From positions 32,001 through 96,000 of the IMG/VR virus record IMGVR_UViG_3300028886_000066: 64,000 nt of DNA; one strand, written 5' to 3'. The notes under the pieces were generated by a model that saw nothing but the letters and a program-made list of their open reading frames with translations, was not told where the DNA came from and made no database searches. Below, piece by piece: positions 49,601 to 61,700 of the stretch (within the stretch, counting starts at the first letter, position 1; every line of letters starts with the position of its first letter). Source of the DNA: a virus. Taxonomy: Duplodnaviria; Caudoviricetes. A program made the translations under genes and the position numbers.

Positions 49601-52600
49601 GACAAAACGTCTCGCCGACATATCTGCTGGTGCAGGAACAGAGGTGTCACGCCTTGCGCTTGCATTGGGACACGTTCGTTCTGAAGGAGCTTTGACTGGA
49701 TATACGCTGCGCCAGTTCGCCATGAACAACATTCCTATGCTACAGAAACTGTCAGAGCGACTGACGAAACTTGAAGGACAGATTGTTTCTACAGCAGAAA
49801 TCCGCAAGAGGGTTTCCAAAAAGGAGATAGGGTACGAAGATGTTATAGCAGTTATCAAAGACCTGACCAATGAAGGTGGTATGTTCTTCAATATGCAGGA
49901 GACAATGGCTGATGCTGTCAATGCAAAGTTCAAGAACCTAAAAGACTCAATGGACATCATGTACGGCGAAATGGCCGAAGGAGGTATAGGCAGTGCGCTG
50001 AAATGGGTCGCCGAAACATTGATGAGTCTTACGAGGAATTGGGAGAAAACCGCGAGGGTAATAGGTTATGGTACTGCCGCATTTGTCGCTTATCGACTTG
50101 CTATCACTTCTGCGAATACACAGCTCCTTACCTACGGAAGCACACTTGGTGCAACGTCAAAAACTCTTAATGCGAAGGCTATCGCGCTTGGCGTCAACAC
50201 TGCTGCTGTAAAGAGGCTTACTGCAGACGAGGTCGATGAGTTGGTCACTCTGAAACTTGTCACCCGCGAACAGTTGCTCAATGCCGTTGCCACAAAAAAA
50301 CTGACAGTTGACCAAGCTGAACTTGCTGCTGCGACGTTTAACGTTACTCGGGCCGAATTGACATCCATTGCAAGCAAAGGAAAACTTGGTATTGCGTCTG
50401 CTGGGCTTAGCCTTCGTCTCAAGGGTCTCGCACTTTCTTTGCGTGGAGTAGGCACAGCGTTAAAGACTATGCTCCTGAATCCGGTCGGTATAGCACTCAT
50501 GGCTATCACAGCAGGCTTTGAGGTGTTTATGAGATGGAAACAGAAAAATTCGGAGATAGAAGAGAGTATAGAGCGGCTTGGGCAGAAAGGCTCAGAGGGT
50601 TACAAGAATATTGCAGCCACCATGGAGAAATACTCAGGCAAGGACGGCAAGATGAGTGAGTCTGAATATTCGACTGCTATTAGCGATATTATAGACACGC
50701 TGAAAAACTATGCGCCCAATATACATAACATACAAGAAGAGGCTCAGTCTATCGACAATCTCGCTGAGCGTTACATGTATCTACGTGATGAGCTTGAATC
50801 AACAAGGAACGCCTACGCAGACCTTGAACGGACGAAGGCTTTTGCAAGTAATGCAAATGAAGCAACTGGAAATATCCTTAATGACACCTTTACAGAGAAT
50901 GTCGAAGAATATATAGGTAAAGTCCAAGATTTGGATAAAGCAGAACAAGAGCTGTTACAGCATCGTGTGACTTTAGACAAGACTATCGGCGAATTGGAAA
51001 GGAAGACTGCATTTAAGCGTCGGATGGATTCCAACGGCAACGCCTTGCCATTGATTGAGCAGTTAAAGTATATAAAAAACACGGACTGGAATAAGGCGTT
51101 TTCTCCTATGCTGTACAGCAATTCGTCTGGCGCAGCGGAAGCTTTTAGTGATTTCGGTGTTGCGATAAAGAATATGAGCGACACCATGCACAACGAAGTA
51201 CTGCCTGACTTGCAGAATTTCGCTAATCGTCTCGATAATCAATATTCGGGTGTGTTTGGCAAAAACTGGAAGGAAAACGCGGATAATATAAAGACCGCGT
51301 GGATGGCCGTTGTGTCTGAAATTGATAAAGTTCCTGGTATGACGGATAGTGTCAAGCGTGAACTGCTTGAAAAGATATTCAATGAGACGTGGAAAATGAA
51401 TATTGACTTCAGTACGGGGGAGGTAACTGAAAGCCTGACTGGATGGCGTAAGGAGATGCAGGACTGGCTTGATGAGAATGGGCTTAAATTCAGAATTGGC
51501 TTTAATGACTCCCGCGAGGATATATACAAAAAGGCCAAGGCTGCTCAGGAGGCGGCTCAGACTGAAATGAATAATGCGGGAAAGGTGCTTATAAGTATAG
51601 GTTTCAAACTCGATAATCTACCTAAAGAATTACCGAGTCCGTTACAAACACCTTGGAACCAAAAGAATCTTGAAGATTATGCCGAGCAGAAAGTTATTGA
51701 TGATACGTGGGAAAAGTTCCAGAAGCATTTCGGAGCAGATTGGCAGACAAAGCAAGACAAGACAAACGCAAAGAAAAATAATGGGCGCAACGACGACAAG
51801 GAAGCAAAGCGTCTGCGTGAGGTTGTGAAGTTATATAAGGACGCTTTTGATTGGTATAATAAATACGAGAAACAAGTTGGCAAGGGCAGTGCGCTATCAA
51901 AAGTACAAGAACAATTCAAGCCCTTGTTTGACCAGTTTAGTGACCAGTTTAAACAGACTCTTTCTCTCGACTCTATTCCGCTTTACAAGGAGAATTTAGA
52001 GTCGTTACTTGCTGAGGCTGAGAAGCTGTATCAAGACCCGAAGCATAAGAACTCGTATATGGTCGAGGCCATTAAACAGATTCGCGATGCTATCAATAAT
52101 GTTGACTTTGAAGAGTTAGGGAATAAGCAGGAAGAGTTCCTGAGCAAGACACAAATACAGCTTGACAATCTTACGAGGTCGTGGGAGACGTTCAATTCCG
52201 TGCGTGACGCAACGGGTAACATTGAGTTGGCCGTACAGCTAAGTGGCGCAGGCTATCAGGCGGGGACAAATATCAATCTTGCCGATGCTCTCCGCAAGAA
52301 GATAGAGGGCGACTTTGCCGCTGCAGGTGCGATTGCTATACCGTTTGACATCAACTTCTCAGACGAAGAGATATTCAACCGTATTTCCGCTGCGATGCCC
52401 GAAAAGACGCAAGAGCAGATTAAGGGCATTGTCGAGGAGTACAAGAAATGGCGTGACTTGCAGCGCGACGTGGTAAAGACCGATATTCAGAACTTTGGCA
52501 AACTACTTGGCTCCATTGTCGATTACAAGAGCGAAATACAAAAGCTCAACGATGAGTATAACAAGCAAAAAGAAATGCTTGATGCTCTATATGCTTTGGG

Positions 52601-54401
52601 CATGATAGACAAAAATGCCTATGACAAGGCTATGGGCATTATCGCAACGAGCAAAGACGATGCGATTTGGCAAAAGTCTGCTACATATATCGACCTTATG
52701 AATCATTCGCTCGCAATGACTAAGCCAGAGATTGATGCAGCAGCCAGGGCACAGGAAGAAAACTTGAATGCGAGACTGACAGCTGGAACTATAAAAGCAG
52801 AAGATTTCTATCAAGAAATAGTTAAACTCCGCAAGATAACAACCGAATGGAATACCGAGGGTTTCCTTGGTAGTAAAGGGGCGTTTGGTTCTTTTGTCAG
52901 CGGCGGGAATCAAGGATTGATGGACTACTATGACAGGAGGAGAAATAGGGCATGGCGTGACTATTCTAACGCTGACGTAAAAGATAGTCCAGAAGCACAG
53001 GAGAAACTTATAGAAGCGCAACATTACGACAAGTTGTATCAGTCTCTTGCCAAGTTGACTGACAGTGCAGAAGACGTTGTCAATGCGTTCCAGACGCTGC
53101 AGGGTGGTGTAGACCTTCTTGGGAATCTTTTTGACTCTTTAGGAATGGGCAGTGCTGCAACTGCCATGAGTGACGCGGGTGGTCTGTTGAGCGGGGCACT
53201 GGGAGGGGCATCGTCATTAAGTGCGCTTGGCCCTTATGGTATGGCGGCTGGTGCTGCACTTGGTCTTGCTACCAGTATTGCCGAGTTAAATGACAAGGGA
53301 ATACAGCGAGAGATTGAAGCATTACAGGATAACGTTGAAGCTCTCGAAGCCAATACCAACTCCATCCGTGCAGCCCGCGAACGTACTTTGGGATATGATG
53401 CTGGAGTGCTGAGACGTGCGATGTCTGGACTTTACGAGGACACGACGAAGAATATTAATTTCTTCGGGAAAGACCTTACTGTAACCTCTGCAGCTAAAAA
53501 AACTATGCAGGAGTACTACAATGCGGGTACAAATAAAACTGGCTACGCAGCAGAACTTGAAAACCTTAAAGAGATGCGCGAAAACTATCTGGAGATGTAT
53601 GACAAGGAAAACAGCAAGAAGAAAACATCGAATAGTGCCCTTGAAGAATACAAGCAGAAGATGGCCGAGCTTGACGAGCAGATAATGTACTTTGTTGAAG
53701 ACCTCGCCAATGAGTTGTGGGGTATTGACTTCAAGGCTTGGGCAAGTCAAATCAGCGACGCTTTGTGGACTGCCTTTGAAAACGGTGAGAGTGCCCTTGA
53801 TGCCTTCCATGATGCCGCAAAAGACATCATTTCAGATGTTGCCAAGCGGATGATGAACATACATCTTATTGAACCTGTGTTCCAGCAGTTGGAAGAGCGG
53901 CTATTTGGGAAGATGGAGAATGGCAAGCGTGTGGGCGGTGCGGCATACAACTACGACACAGGGGAGTTTAATGAGAAGGAGACACTGAAAATTCTTGGAG
54001 AGGCTTTCGGAGAAAATGGAGAGTTCGCAAAGGTTATCAGTGCTGCCGAGGACTTCTATAACATGGCAAAGACGGTCACTGGATTTGACTTTGGGGAAGA
54101 CAGCACTGGTAGCCGCTCATCATCTGCAATCAGCAAGACTATAACCGAGGAACAATCGAACCTACTGATAGCACTTGTAAATACTATCAGAGCTGACGTG
54201 TCTGTCAACCGGACGATGATAGCACAGTACTTCCCGCTGTACTATCAGGCGCTTACGAGCGGTAACGAGACTCTTGGCTCTATAGCGATGAACACCCGTG
54301 CCATTATGGAGAGCAATGCAACGATAGCTCAGAGGGTTTCCAACCTTGATGACAGTATCAATGGACTGAAAAACAAGGTGTGGCGTTTGCCTGTGTCGTA
54401 G
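46689..54401 (+). CDS. Tape measure protein (2570 aa)
   Basis: Very long helical ORF; tape-measure core LALTSPF...QLSAYG...GGMFFNM. Confidence 0.92.
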   Translation: MANTLMFEVGVKEAGNQLSDLEKRLKELVAKYGTMKIAVEIGNLDTFINALKTIGNGEQLKPLLDRIQTLQNRLGALGDKGQYFDMLRGNAAAAAKEVEKAEKYLVAMQKTGNTGFIASAKDSLQRAQVEATRANEMLASATERFAKEEERVARETNNTKARIDALGTSVTELHAKLGSGININFDTSKFSAWASEVQGVSLAVKELVEQLKNITPLDGLKTITTSAQSATNALKYTTEEIERQKNTVEKYEALLASRTRWVTNQREALSSAYYGLNIDGPKRLLDIEKERAQVLDQIKKKEKDLSDERQAYLKGRLSGISAPEKAVLRSMEKAYQFTVKMNAEAQSFKANIGKDAIYSLRSELQNLNVSNLSSTMHEVKDYISYLKEELKRLGSNSSIDTSGLQTLIQKAEEAYQAYKKITNEHNKALGKYAEASGHPSFGYMGAVSGHNQLMGLYAKNESLSEESRSLKYHLDKETESLEAQAKASQNLAQAKQKLNEMQAQNAQSAEKVAQATQQLNQAEQKIAETQQKGAQQGNLFDPQKFTSLQEAIDKIISEINRLKEAFSGIGKIEGLSQMTTDINGLMHNVNNLKDVLSTLSSAVKIDQSSPLIKKLTADAEAAEKKIQELTEKLNAMSAAQNKVAESVAKSGKSETQVTDSQTAMFNRYRKLMADIHNIKREIVDIQRSDGGGGALGAQLGQYFSALNRVRNEIAKITSAPSLAEAISRGMSSEMLSKLSSSLAAIKSEFKEVISGAKAFNKEFDKGSAQSEARIRKLGMAFNELKNYMKKNGGSEEMRKLQSEIQVAIQKMRQLMNAGDYSGAIRVFERMNSTIRQTSQAIKEYERSVLGAAASNSHLSASEQQLANSIKHSTDSMRSQSQVLGDLKTLATQYLGVWGAQGFLRNVIEIGGQLEQQRLSIGAILGDMAAGQHLFDQIKELALTSPFGVMELDKDTKQLSAYGFKQSELFDMTKRLADISAGAGTEVSRLALALGHVRSEGALTGYTLRQFAMNNIPMLQKLSERLTKLEGQIVSTAEIRKRVSKKEIGYEDVIAVIKDLTNEGGMFFNMQETMADAVNAKFKNLKDSMDIMYGEMAEGGIGSALKWVAETLMSLTRNWEKTARVIGYGTAAFVAYRLAITSANTQLLTYGSTLGATSKTLNAKAIALGVNTAAVKRLTADEVDELVTLKLVTREQLLNAVATKKLTVDQAELAAATFNVTRAELTSIASKGKLGIASAGLSLRLKGLALSLRGVGTALKTMLLNPVGIALMAITAGFEVFMRWKQKNSEIEESIERLGQKGSEGYKNIAATMEKYSGKDGKMSESEYSTAISDIIDTLKNYAPNIHNIQEEAQSIDNLAERYMYLRDELESTRNAYADLERTKAFASNANEATGNILNDTFTENVEEYIGKVQDLDKAEQELLQHRVTLDKTIGELERKTAFKRRMDSNGNALPLIEQLKYIKNTDWNKAFSPMLYSNSSGAAEAFSDFGVAIKNMSDTMHNEVLPDLQNFANRLDNQYSGVFGKNWKENADNIKTAWMAVVSEIDKVPGMTDSVKRELLEKIFNETWKMNIDFSTGEVTESLTGWRKEMQDWLDENGLKFRIGFNDSREDIYKKAKAAQEAAQTEMNNAGKVLISIGFKLDNLPKELPSPLQTPWNQKNLEDYAEQKVIDDTWEKFQKHFGADWQTKQDKTNAKKNNGRNDDKEAKRLREVVKLYKDAFDWYNKYEKQVGKGSALSKVQEQFKPLFDQFSDQFKQTLSLDSIPLYKENLESLLAEAEKLYQDPKHKNSYMVEAIKQIRDAINNVDFEELGNKQEEFLSKTQIQLDNLTRSWETFNSVRDATGNIELAVQLSGAGYQAGTNINLADALRKKIEGDFAAAGAIAIPFDINFSDEEIFNRISAAMPEKTQEQIKGIVEEYKKWRDLQRDVVKTDIQNFGKLLGSIVDYKSEIQKLNDEYNKQKEMLDALYALGMIDKNAYDKAMGIIATSKDDAIWQKSATYIDLMNHSLAMTKPEIDAAARAQEENLNARLTAGTIKAEDFYQEIVKLRKITTEWNTEGFLGSKGAFGSFVSGGNQGLMDYYDRRRNRAWRDYSNADVKDSPEAQEKLIEAQHYDKLYQSLAKLTDSAEDVVNAFQTLQGGVDLLGNLFDSLGMGSAATAMSDAGGLLSGALGGASSLSALGPYGMAAGAALGLATSIAELNDKGIQREIEALQDNVEALEANTNSIRAARERTLGYDAGVLRRAMSGLYEDTTKNINFFGKDLTVTSAAKKTMQEYYNAGTNKTGYAAELENLKEMRENYLEMYDKENSKKKTSNSALEEYKQKMAELDEQIMYFVEDLANELWGIDFKAWASQISDALWTAFENGESALDAFHDAAKDIISDVAKRMMNIHLIEPVFQQLEERLFGKMENGKRVGGAAYNYDTGEFNEKETLKILGEAFGENGEFAKVISAAEDFYNMAKTVTGFDFGEDSTGSRSSSAISKTITEEQSNLLIALVNTIRADVSVNRTMIAQYFPLYYQALTSGNETLGSIAMNTRAIMESNATIAQRVSNLDDSINGLKNKVWRLPVS

Positions 54402-54426
54402 TCACATTACTCATCTAAAGTAACGA

Positions 54427-54463
54427 GAAAGGCGGCTGTTCATCACGAATTGCCGCCTTCTTT
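54427..54463. terminator. Terminator between convergent genes
   Basis: AAGGCGGC...GCCGCCTT followed by CTTT. Confidence 0.65.
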
Positions 54464-54502
54464 GAAACACATTACCAAATAACTAAGCCAAAGAAGTTGT
54501 AT

Positions 54503-55057
54503 TCAATCGAGATAATGGAACTCATCCTTCACGGTCACGACGCCCTCTTTTTTGAGCGAGCAATCTTGTGAGTGGCGTATAACGGTTACCTTGCTTACAA
54601 GATCCGTCTTTATGTTTGCCGACGCCTTGTCGAATAAGTGTATCAATGCGTATGCGCCGTATTTCACGTCAACGGTAACATGGGAATCATCGCGCACCCA
54701 CACGTTGCACATGTGCGGACGGAATGTATATCGTATAGTGGCGTTACTCTTTCCGAGAAGGACGTACTCGCGGATGTATATCAGTCTGCGGTCGTCTCCG
54801 CGTATGGGGTACGAGCGCGTGTCGTCGACAAGTATTCCGTGGTGACGGAGAAAATCTTGCGAAAAATGATGCTTGATAAAGTCCTTGCTGGGCCACTTGT
54901 GCTTGATGCAGAAATCCAAGCCGCGTTTATACATATCGACAAGATGGTCTCTATCGGTATTATCCTCCCATTCGGAGTACCATTTGTCGCACAAGCCGAT
55001 ACGCCTTGCATCCTCCCTGAGTTTTACGCTGAGTTCTTTTTCCGTCATTTTATCCAT
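54503..55057 (-). CDS. Hypothetical protein
   Basis: GLCDKW...GLDFC; own -7 box at 55072-55079. Confidence 0.8.
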   Translation of the reverse strand: MDKMTEKELSVKLREDARRIGLCDKWYSEWEDNTDRDHLVDMYKRGLDFCIKHKWPSKDFIKHHFSQDFLRHHGILVDDTRSYPIRGDDRRLIYIREYVLLGKSNATIRYTFRPHMCNVWVRDDSHVTVDVKYGAYALIHLFDKASANIKTDLVSKVTVIRHSQDCSLKKEGVVTVKDEFHYLD

Positions 55058-55071
55058 GTTCTAAATCGTTG

Positions 55072-55172
55072 CAAAAATAATTATTTCCAATGACTTGCGC
55101 AATATGTTTTAAGAAAAAGTTGAAGAAAGCTACAAAAGTTTGTTGAATACGTGGCGGTTTGCGTTATTTTTG
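55072..55172. promoter_or_regulatory. Divergent promoters with late box
   Basis: TATTTTTG on minus; GCGCAATATGTTTT at 55097; TATTTTTG on plus at 55165. Confidence 0.65.
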
Positions 55173-55220
55173 TAGCGAAATTATCGTGGCATAGCCACAA
55201 TAAGCGTAACACAAAAGGAT

Positions 55221-55715
55221 ATGGATTACAAGAAACTTCTCATCCAACAGCAGACGGTGTCTGGCTCTACGTACACCAATGTAGGCGTTGCAGTTGACAC
55301 GCAGACAGCGTTTAATGTTGTCTGTCAGGAATTTCCGTTCAAGTACTTGCCAGAGATAAAAGATTTGGCGAGCGAAGATTGGACTGACGAGGACGGCGAA
55401 GACGTCTTTATGCCCACTGAAGGCTTAAAATTCAAAGCTTATGACTTGGATGCTACATTCCTGTATGTTGGCACACAAGAGAGTATGGCAAATGATTTGA
55501 GCCAATTTATCAATTTCCTTTACGGGAGAAATCAGTATGGTTCGCCTTGGCTTGCTGTCTATGACGAGTACACGAAAACTGGCAGACGAGGTATTTACGT
55601 GAAAGAGGTCGGTAATGAGCTGATAGCATACGACAGCGCGAATGTAGAAGTGATAGGACAGTTTAAGGTTAAATTCCGTGTGACTGACCCGATAACAAAT
55701 GTGGTACTTAGTTGA
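55221..55715 (+). CDS. Distal tail protein-like
   Basis: After TMP; DWTDEDGED...FRVTDP. Confidence 0.6.
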   Translation: MDYKKLLIQQQTVSGSTYTNVGVAVDTQTAFNVVCQEFPFKYLPEIKDLASEDWTDEDGEDVFMPTEGLKFKAYDLDATFLYVGTQESMANDLSQFINFLYGRNQYGSPWLAVYDEYTKTGRRGIYVKEVGNELIAYDSANVEVIGQFKVKFRVTDPITNVVLS

Positions 55716-55723
55716 TAAATGAT

Positions 55724-58700
55724 ATGAGCAAGAAGGTAGACATAAAGCGTGGCAGTACGGTTGTTGCCGTCGGCGAGGGGCTGGAGTACCACGGCGAGTG
55801 GATGCAGCACGGGTATGTGACGGTGACGGTGAAGTCGGCGGTGAAGATTGACTTCCAAGTCGGCGACTACGTGGAGTACCGTGGTGAGCGGTTCTACCTG
55901 TGGAGCGACGAGAACTTGAAGAAGCAGGCGCGGAGCGGCAGTCACGGTGAGGCGTTCGTGTATGAGAACCTGAAGCTGATGGACGCTACGGCGGCACTGG
56001 AGCAGGTGTCGATGCACGACTTCGTGCTGGGCGGCTCTGGGAATGCGGAGTCGTATTCGTCGCTGGGACGGTTTTCGTTCTTCGGCGGGTCGGTGGATGA
56101 CCTCGCGGACAGGATTCAGGCGAACTTACTGAGGCAGGTGCCTGCTATCGGCGGGACGGAGTTTGCGTTTCGGGTGTTTACGCCGAGCCTTTCGAGGACG
56201 TTGCAGCGACTTGGCGGCGGTGACGATAGTAGCGACGGTGGTGATAGTAGCGATGCTGACGCATCGGACACGGTGACTGATGACTGGGAGGCGTATTATG
56301 ACGGGGATGAGGCAACGGGGAAAAGCGATGTGACGGTTGGCATCAGCGATGAGACGCTGTGGGGTGCGCTGGCACGTTGCTATAATGACTTTGAGCTGCC
56401 GTTCTATGTTCATGGTACGGATATTGTCATCGGCGGCAAGGCGGTGGAGGTCGGGCAGATGTTTGCGTATGGCAAGGGTAACGGCTTGAAGGATATTGAG
56501 CGGATGGCCGACCAGGAGCAGCGGATAGTGACGCGGCTGTTTGCGTATGGAAGTACGGAGAACATGCCGCTGAACTACTACGGAAACGTGTTCAAGACGG
56601 CCTACGTGACGGGCACTGCGGACATTTACAACAGTAGCTACTACTTCCTGAAAACGGGCATCCTGTTCGAGGCGGTGAAGGACGCGCTGGGATGGAGCGC
56701 TGAGGCATGGCGGCAGGTCGTGATGATAGGCAACTACGCAAAGGTGCCCATTACGGTCAGCATATCGACGGCCTTAGACCCCAACAACGGTTATAGCGAC
56801 AGCGGGGCGTATATATGCGCCTATGAAGAGAGCGAGCACACCTACCTTGCGCTGCTGACGACGCAGGCGGTGACGAGCCATGTAACGGCACAGACGAAGG
56901 TGTATATATTGGAGGGAGCTGACTTGAACAAATGGCCTTCATCGCTGACAGAGACGGCGGCGGGTTATGCTGCCGGTATGGCGATACAGAATCTGATGTT
57001 GCCCGGATTCCCGACGCAGACGCTTGCGGACTGGGTTTCGCATCGGCATGAGTATATGGCTGACGATGGGAAGAAAAATGCTTGGCTGGCGCGGAAGGTG
57101 AACTATGATTTTTCCGAAGATGCGAAGAATCCTTGGATTCAGTCGAAGGCTGGCGTGGCGAAGTACGGCGTGAGAGAAGGGGAGGTTTACTTTGACGGTT
57201 CGAACGACCGCGACGAGATTAAACCGACGATTGAGAACACGTCGTATGGGTACGCGAAGGGCGTTACTGGTATCAGCGATAACGGATGGGTGACGGAAGG
57301 CGGTAACTTCAAGCTGGCGGTGTATGATGACCAGACGAAGTTCTGGGACGCTGTTTTCAAGACGCGCACGGGTGACAAGATGCCGATAACGATGACATCG
57401 GGCTATCACAACGGACGGGAGTTCGAGGTGAGCAAGGTGACGTATAACGAGGGGAGTGATTTTGCGGTGCTTGAGATTGCGCGTGTGAAGGACGAGCGTG
57501 AGCGTTTTGTGCCGAACACCGAGGAATTGATTGCCTTGGACGATACGTTTATCGCGACGGGGATTCAGTTGCCCGACACCTATATAGCCGAGGCTTCGGA
57601 GGTGCTGTTTGATGCGGCACTGGATGCGCTGGACGAGGCTGACCATGCTACCTATACGCACACGCCACACATCGATGAGATTTTCATGGCGAGGGAGCGG
57701 GATGAAGCGGCGGCTAACGAAACGGTGAGCCTGCATGACACGATAAGGCCGGGTATGGTACTGGAGTGGCAGGACGTGGAGCTTGGCAACGTTAGTTCGG
57801 TAATTGACTCGCTGACGATTAAGGACGACGGCAATAACGGCATCCCGACGTATGAGGTAGTGCTGAGGAACGAGAAGGAGAAGACCTTGGCGCAGATGAT
57901 TGGCGCGGAGATTAAGAAGAGCAGTAGCGGCGGCAGTGGACGTGGGGAGAAGCCCACGGCACCGTCAGCGGCGAGCATTATTGAGGCGGCAAGCGGTGCG
58001 TTCCTGAGCAAGACGGAAGATGATACGGCGCAGGGGACTATCACGTTTGCTGCGGGTGTGGCTTTCGGGGACGGGAGTACTGGCATAGACGATAACGGCG
58101 ACGCCACCTTGCATGACGTGACGGCAAGCGGCGACCTTGAAGTTACGGGGGATGCGGAAGTCGGGGGCGACCTTGATGTGACAGGCACGACCAACGGAAC
58201 TGACGCGATATTCGAGAATTTGACGGTGACGAAGGCGGCGCACTTCTTCAAGCTGATTATCGACGAGGTGAAGGCGACGCAGGGACAGGTGATTATCACG
58301 GCGGCGAACGCGAAGCTGGATAAGGTGGTGGAAGTGACTGGCGGTTGGAAGTGCTACTTCCGTTCTTCGGACGCTGACGGTAACGAGATAAGCAACACCT
58401 TTGCCGCGAATGACCTTGTGCTGTGTCAGACGTTTAACGCGAAGAAAGGCGTAAGCGAACAAGTTGACAACAGATTCTACTGGCGCAAGTGTACGGCTGT
58501 TGGCTCTGAATCCCAAACTGTAGACGGGCAGGCGGTTGATTACCATTATATTGTCCTTTCTTCGTCGGTCGAGGATAGTAATTCTAACGCAGACCCGCAG
58601 GCAGGCGACGAAGTGGTACAGCTTGGAAATGACACGGACACCACCCGTCGAGCTGCTATCATCATTTCTGCATATAACAACACGTATTTAGATCCTGAGA

Positions 58701-61700
58701 TAGCCGCTCCGTCTATTGTTCAGTATGACGGCATCGATAAGTTTAGCCTTTCAGGGTTCAGGAAGAATGTCATTTCGAAGAATCTGAATAGTTTCACGGG
58801 AACGTTCTATGTCAGTGGAAACACGACCGTGACGGACTTGATAGAAGAGATTGAGCTTACTCCTGGGCCGCAAGGTGAGAAGGGAGATAAGGGTGATAAA
58901 GGTGATAAAGGTGATGACGGCGACGATGGCTCGACGATACGCAGTGTACAAGTGTTCAAGTTGTGTGCCAACCAGCCAGTAACGCCGACTGGCAGCGACG
59001 TGCCTCCGACTGGATGGAGTCTGTCGCCAACAGAACTTACGGACTTTTACGACGGTACTGGTGTTCACGCAGGATGGAGAGAAGTAAGCGGTAATCAACA
59101 GAATAGTATCTTTAAGAAGGAACGTTACTGGTTCACGACCAATGATGCCAATCAGGTGCTTACGATAGAGTTGATGGCTTCGTCGGAAAATACCTATGAC
59201 TATATTCAGGTCGGTGCGCTCGATACGTCTGTAGATTCCCGTCCCAGCCGTGTTGCCGAAAGGAGTGCAACAGGTACTTATGGAACAGTTACTACAGTAG
59301 AGATAACCGTTGCCACTGTTGGAACTCACTTTGTCGATATAGTCTATACGAAAGACGGTTCACAGTACAGCGGCGAGGACAAGGGTTGGTATCGTGCCAC
59401 CCTTGGCGGTGTTGTCATGAACACGCAATATGAGTGGACTTCATTCGCCACCATTGTTGACGGAGAGCTTTCTGGAACATGGAGCACCCCATACCGTTGG
59501 AGCCCGATAGACGGAACGAATGGTAAGGATGCCCACGACGCGAACCCGAATATCTTGCTACGGACGGTGTTTGAGAGCGGTTTGGATGCCGTGAAGGAGG
59601 CTTGGACGGCACCAGAGAATGGAGGCTGGGACAATATCAACATACCTGCCTCGCCGATGATAGGCGGTAGGAATTGCGTTGAGATTGATGCAAGCGAGGC
59701 TGGTTCATACGTTGACCTTAGACAGAACGTGGTAGCAAGATTACAGCCAAGCACATGGTACACGCTATCGTTTTACTGCTATGCCGACGGTCTTTTCCAT
59801 ACCTATATCTATTCGGGCGACGGCAGCCACCCGAGCGTAGACACAAGCGCAGGCTGCTATGTTGACGGCGTTTTCAATAGCAGCATAGGTACTGACGGTG
59901 CTCATCAATGGGCGGCAGAAGCAGACGGGGCACGGCATACGTTCACGTTCAAGACGGCAAGCAGCTTCACTACCAACAGTGCGGAGATAATCTTCCGTGC
60001 GCTGACGGGCGTAACCTTGGACGTTTGTATGCCTAAGTTGGAAACGGGCAAGGATGCTACGCCGTATATGCCCAACGAGCAGGACTTGCAGGGCAAGAAC
60101 GGACAACAAGGTCAGAATGGTACCGACGCCGAGTTTTACAAGTTAGTTCCCCTGAACGAGGCCGCAGTTGTGACCATCAACGGCACGTTGGGCGTGGTGG
60201 CTCAGTATAACATTGCGCACATCGTTGGTTCGACGAGCGAACTGATTACACCGGATGACGACGGCTATCATATACAGATTATCCCCAATGTATCGACGGG
60301 CGTTTCCATTAGCTACACGTATGACAGCATTCTTAAAATCGTGGAGTACAAAAATACACAGTACATGACGAACTGGCACACGGCGGCAGCAAACGCAAGG
60401 CCGTCGTACTTCACGGTGAAGTTAGTGGACGGGAATAATACGCCCGTCAGCGGTGAAGAGAGGCAGATTGCCGTGACGTTCGCCGTGGATGCTTCGTTTG
60501 CCATCAACAGCAAGACGGGCGAGATAGAGCTGAAGGCGCAAGGGAATGCCGACAACATTGCCAAGATTGAAATGACGGTGGGGCAGCAAAGCATTGTCAA
60601 TATGGAGTACGTAACCATTGACTATAGCTACTCTGACAGTCAGGATGCGAAAAGTACGGCATGGGAAAAGGGTTATTGGAATAACTATGGCAACTATGTG
60701 AGTGCTGACAATTGTATCTGTTCAGCACAGAACCCATACTTCATCGGGGAAACTAATGGTTTCGTCGTTAACGGATATCATGCCGCGTTCGCTATTTTAG
60801 AGATTGACAACACTGGTGTTACGCCGAAGCAGTATGTTTTAAGATACACCGTTCCTCAGAACTACACTGTCAAGGCGTATATCATGTCGTATGTCTATAA
60901 GAACAATTCTTGGGCGCGCGACAAACGAGTATCGGAAGTCAACGGCAACGGCGGCATGGTTATTATTACACCAACAACGGGAAAGATACGCTTCAAGGTA
61001 TTTTTTGAGGCTACAGGAAAGGATATTGGCGCAAACGCTACGGCCATCTCCGAAGCCTTGTCAGAGTTACAGCCACACTTCGGTTCGATAACGCTCAGCA
61101 ATTCGCTGATTCAGCAGACTGGTGCACAAATACGTTTCCGTGTCGAAGAATGCGGTATCGACATTACCAACAAGAAGATACTTGCCAAGACCGACAACTT
61201 CGAGATTCAGAACATAAGCGGACAGAAGACGTTCGGCATCGACGATGACGGAAACCTTGAAACACTTGGGAATGCGAGTATCGGTGGAACTGTTAGGGCT
61301 AAGAACTTTTTCAGGAGTCTTGCCGTAGTGTCAGAATATAGCAGCAGTTTACAGCCGAGAATCGTTGTCATCGACATCAATGGCAATCAGAATAAATGGG
61401 TGTACTTCAAGAACAACGTGGTATCTGGCGGTGTAACGATATTCGCCCAGCATAGTTACCATACTTTTGAAGAGATTGCCGAAATTGACCCTGACTATTC
61501 CGTAGATGATGAGGCGGGCGATTGTGTGGTATGCACATACGACGCAGAAGAGGTATTTGTCACTTACAATGCAAATGGAAATCCAAACGAACAGCGAGTA
61601 GTTCTTCCGAGGAGCTGCGACTTTGTAGGAAAGGTCGTAACGGTACGAAACGTAATCGGAGCAGCCGTGGTCAATGCATTTTCCGTAAAGGTCATGGCTT

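Noticed and set aside
46889-61101. Numerous antisense ORFs under the tape measure and tail genes
   Set aside because: Shadow frames of long coding genes, without leaders or motifs.
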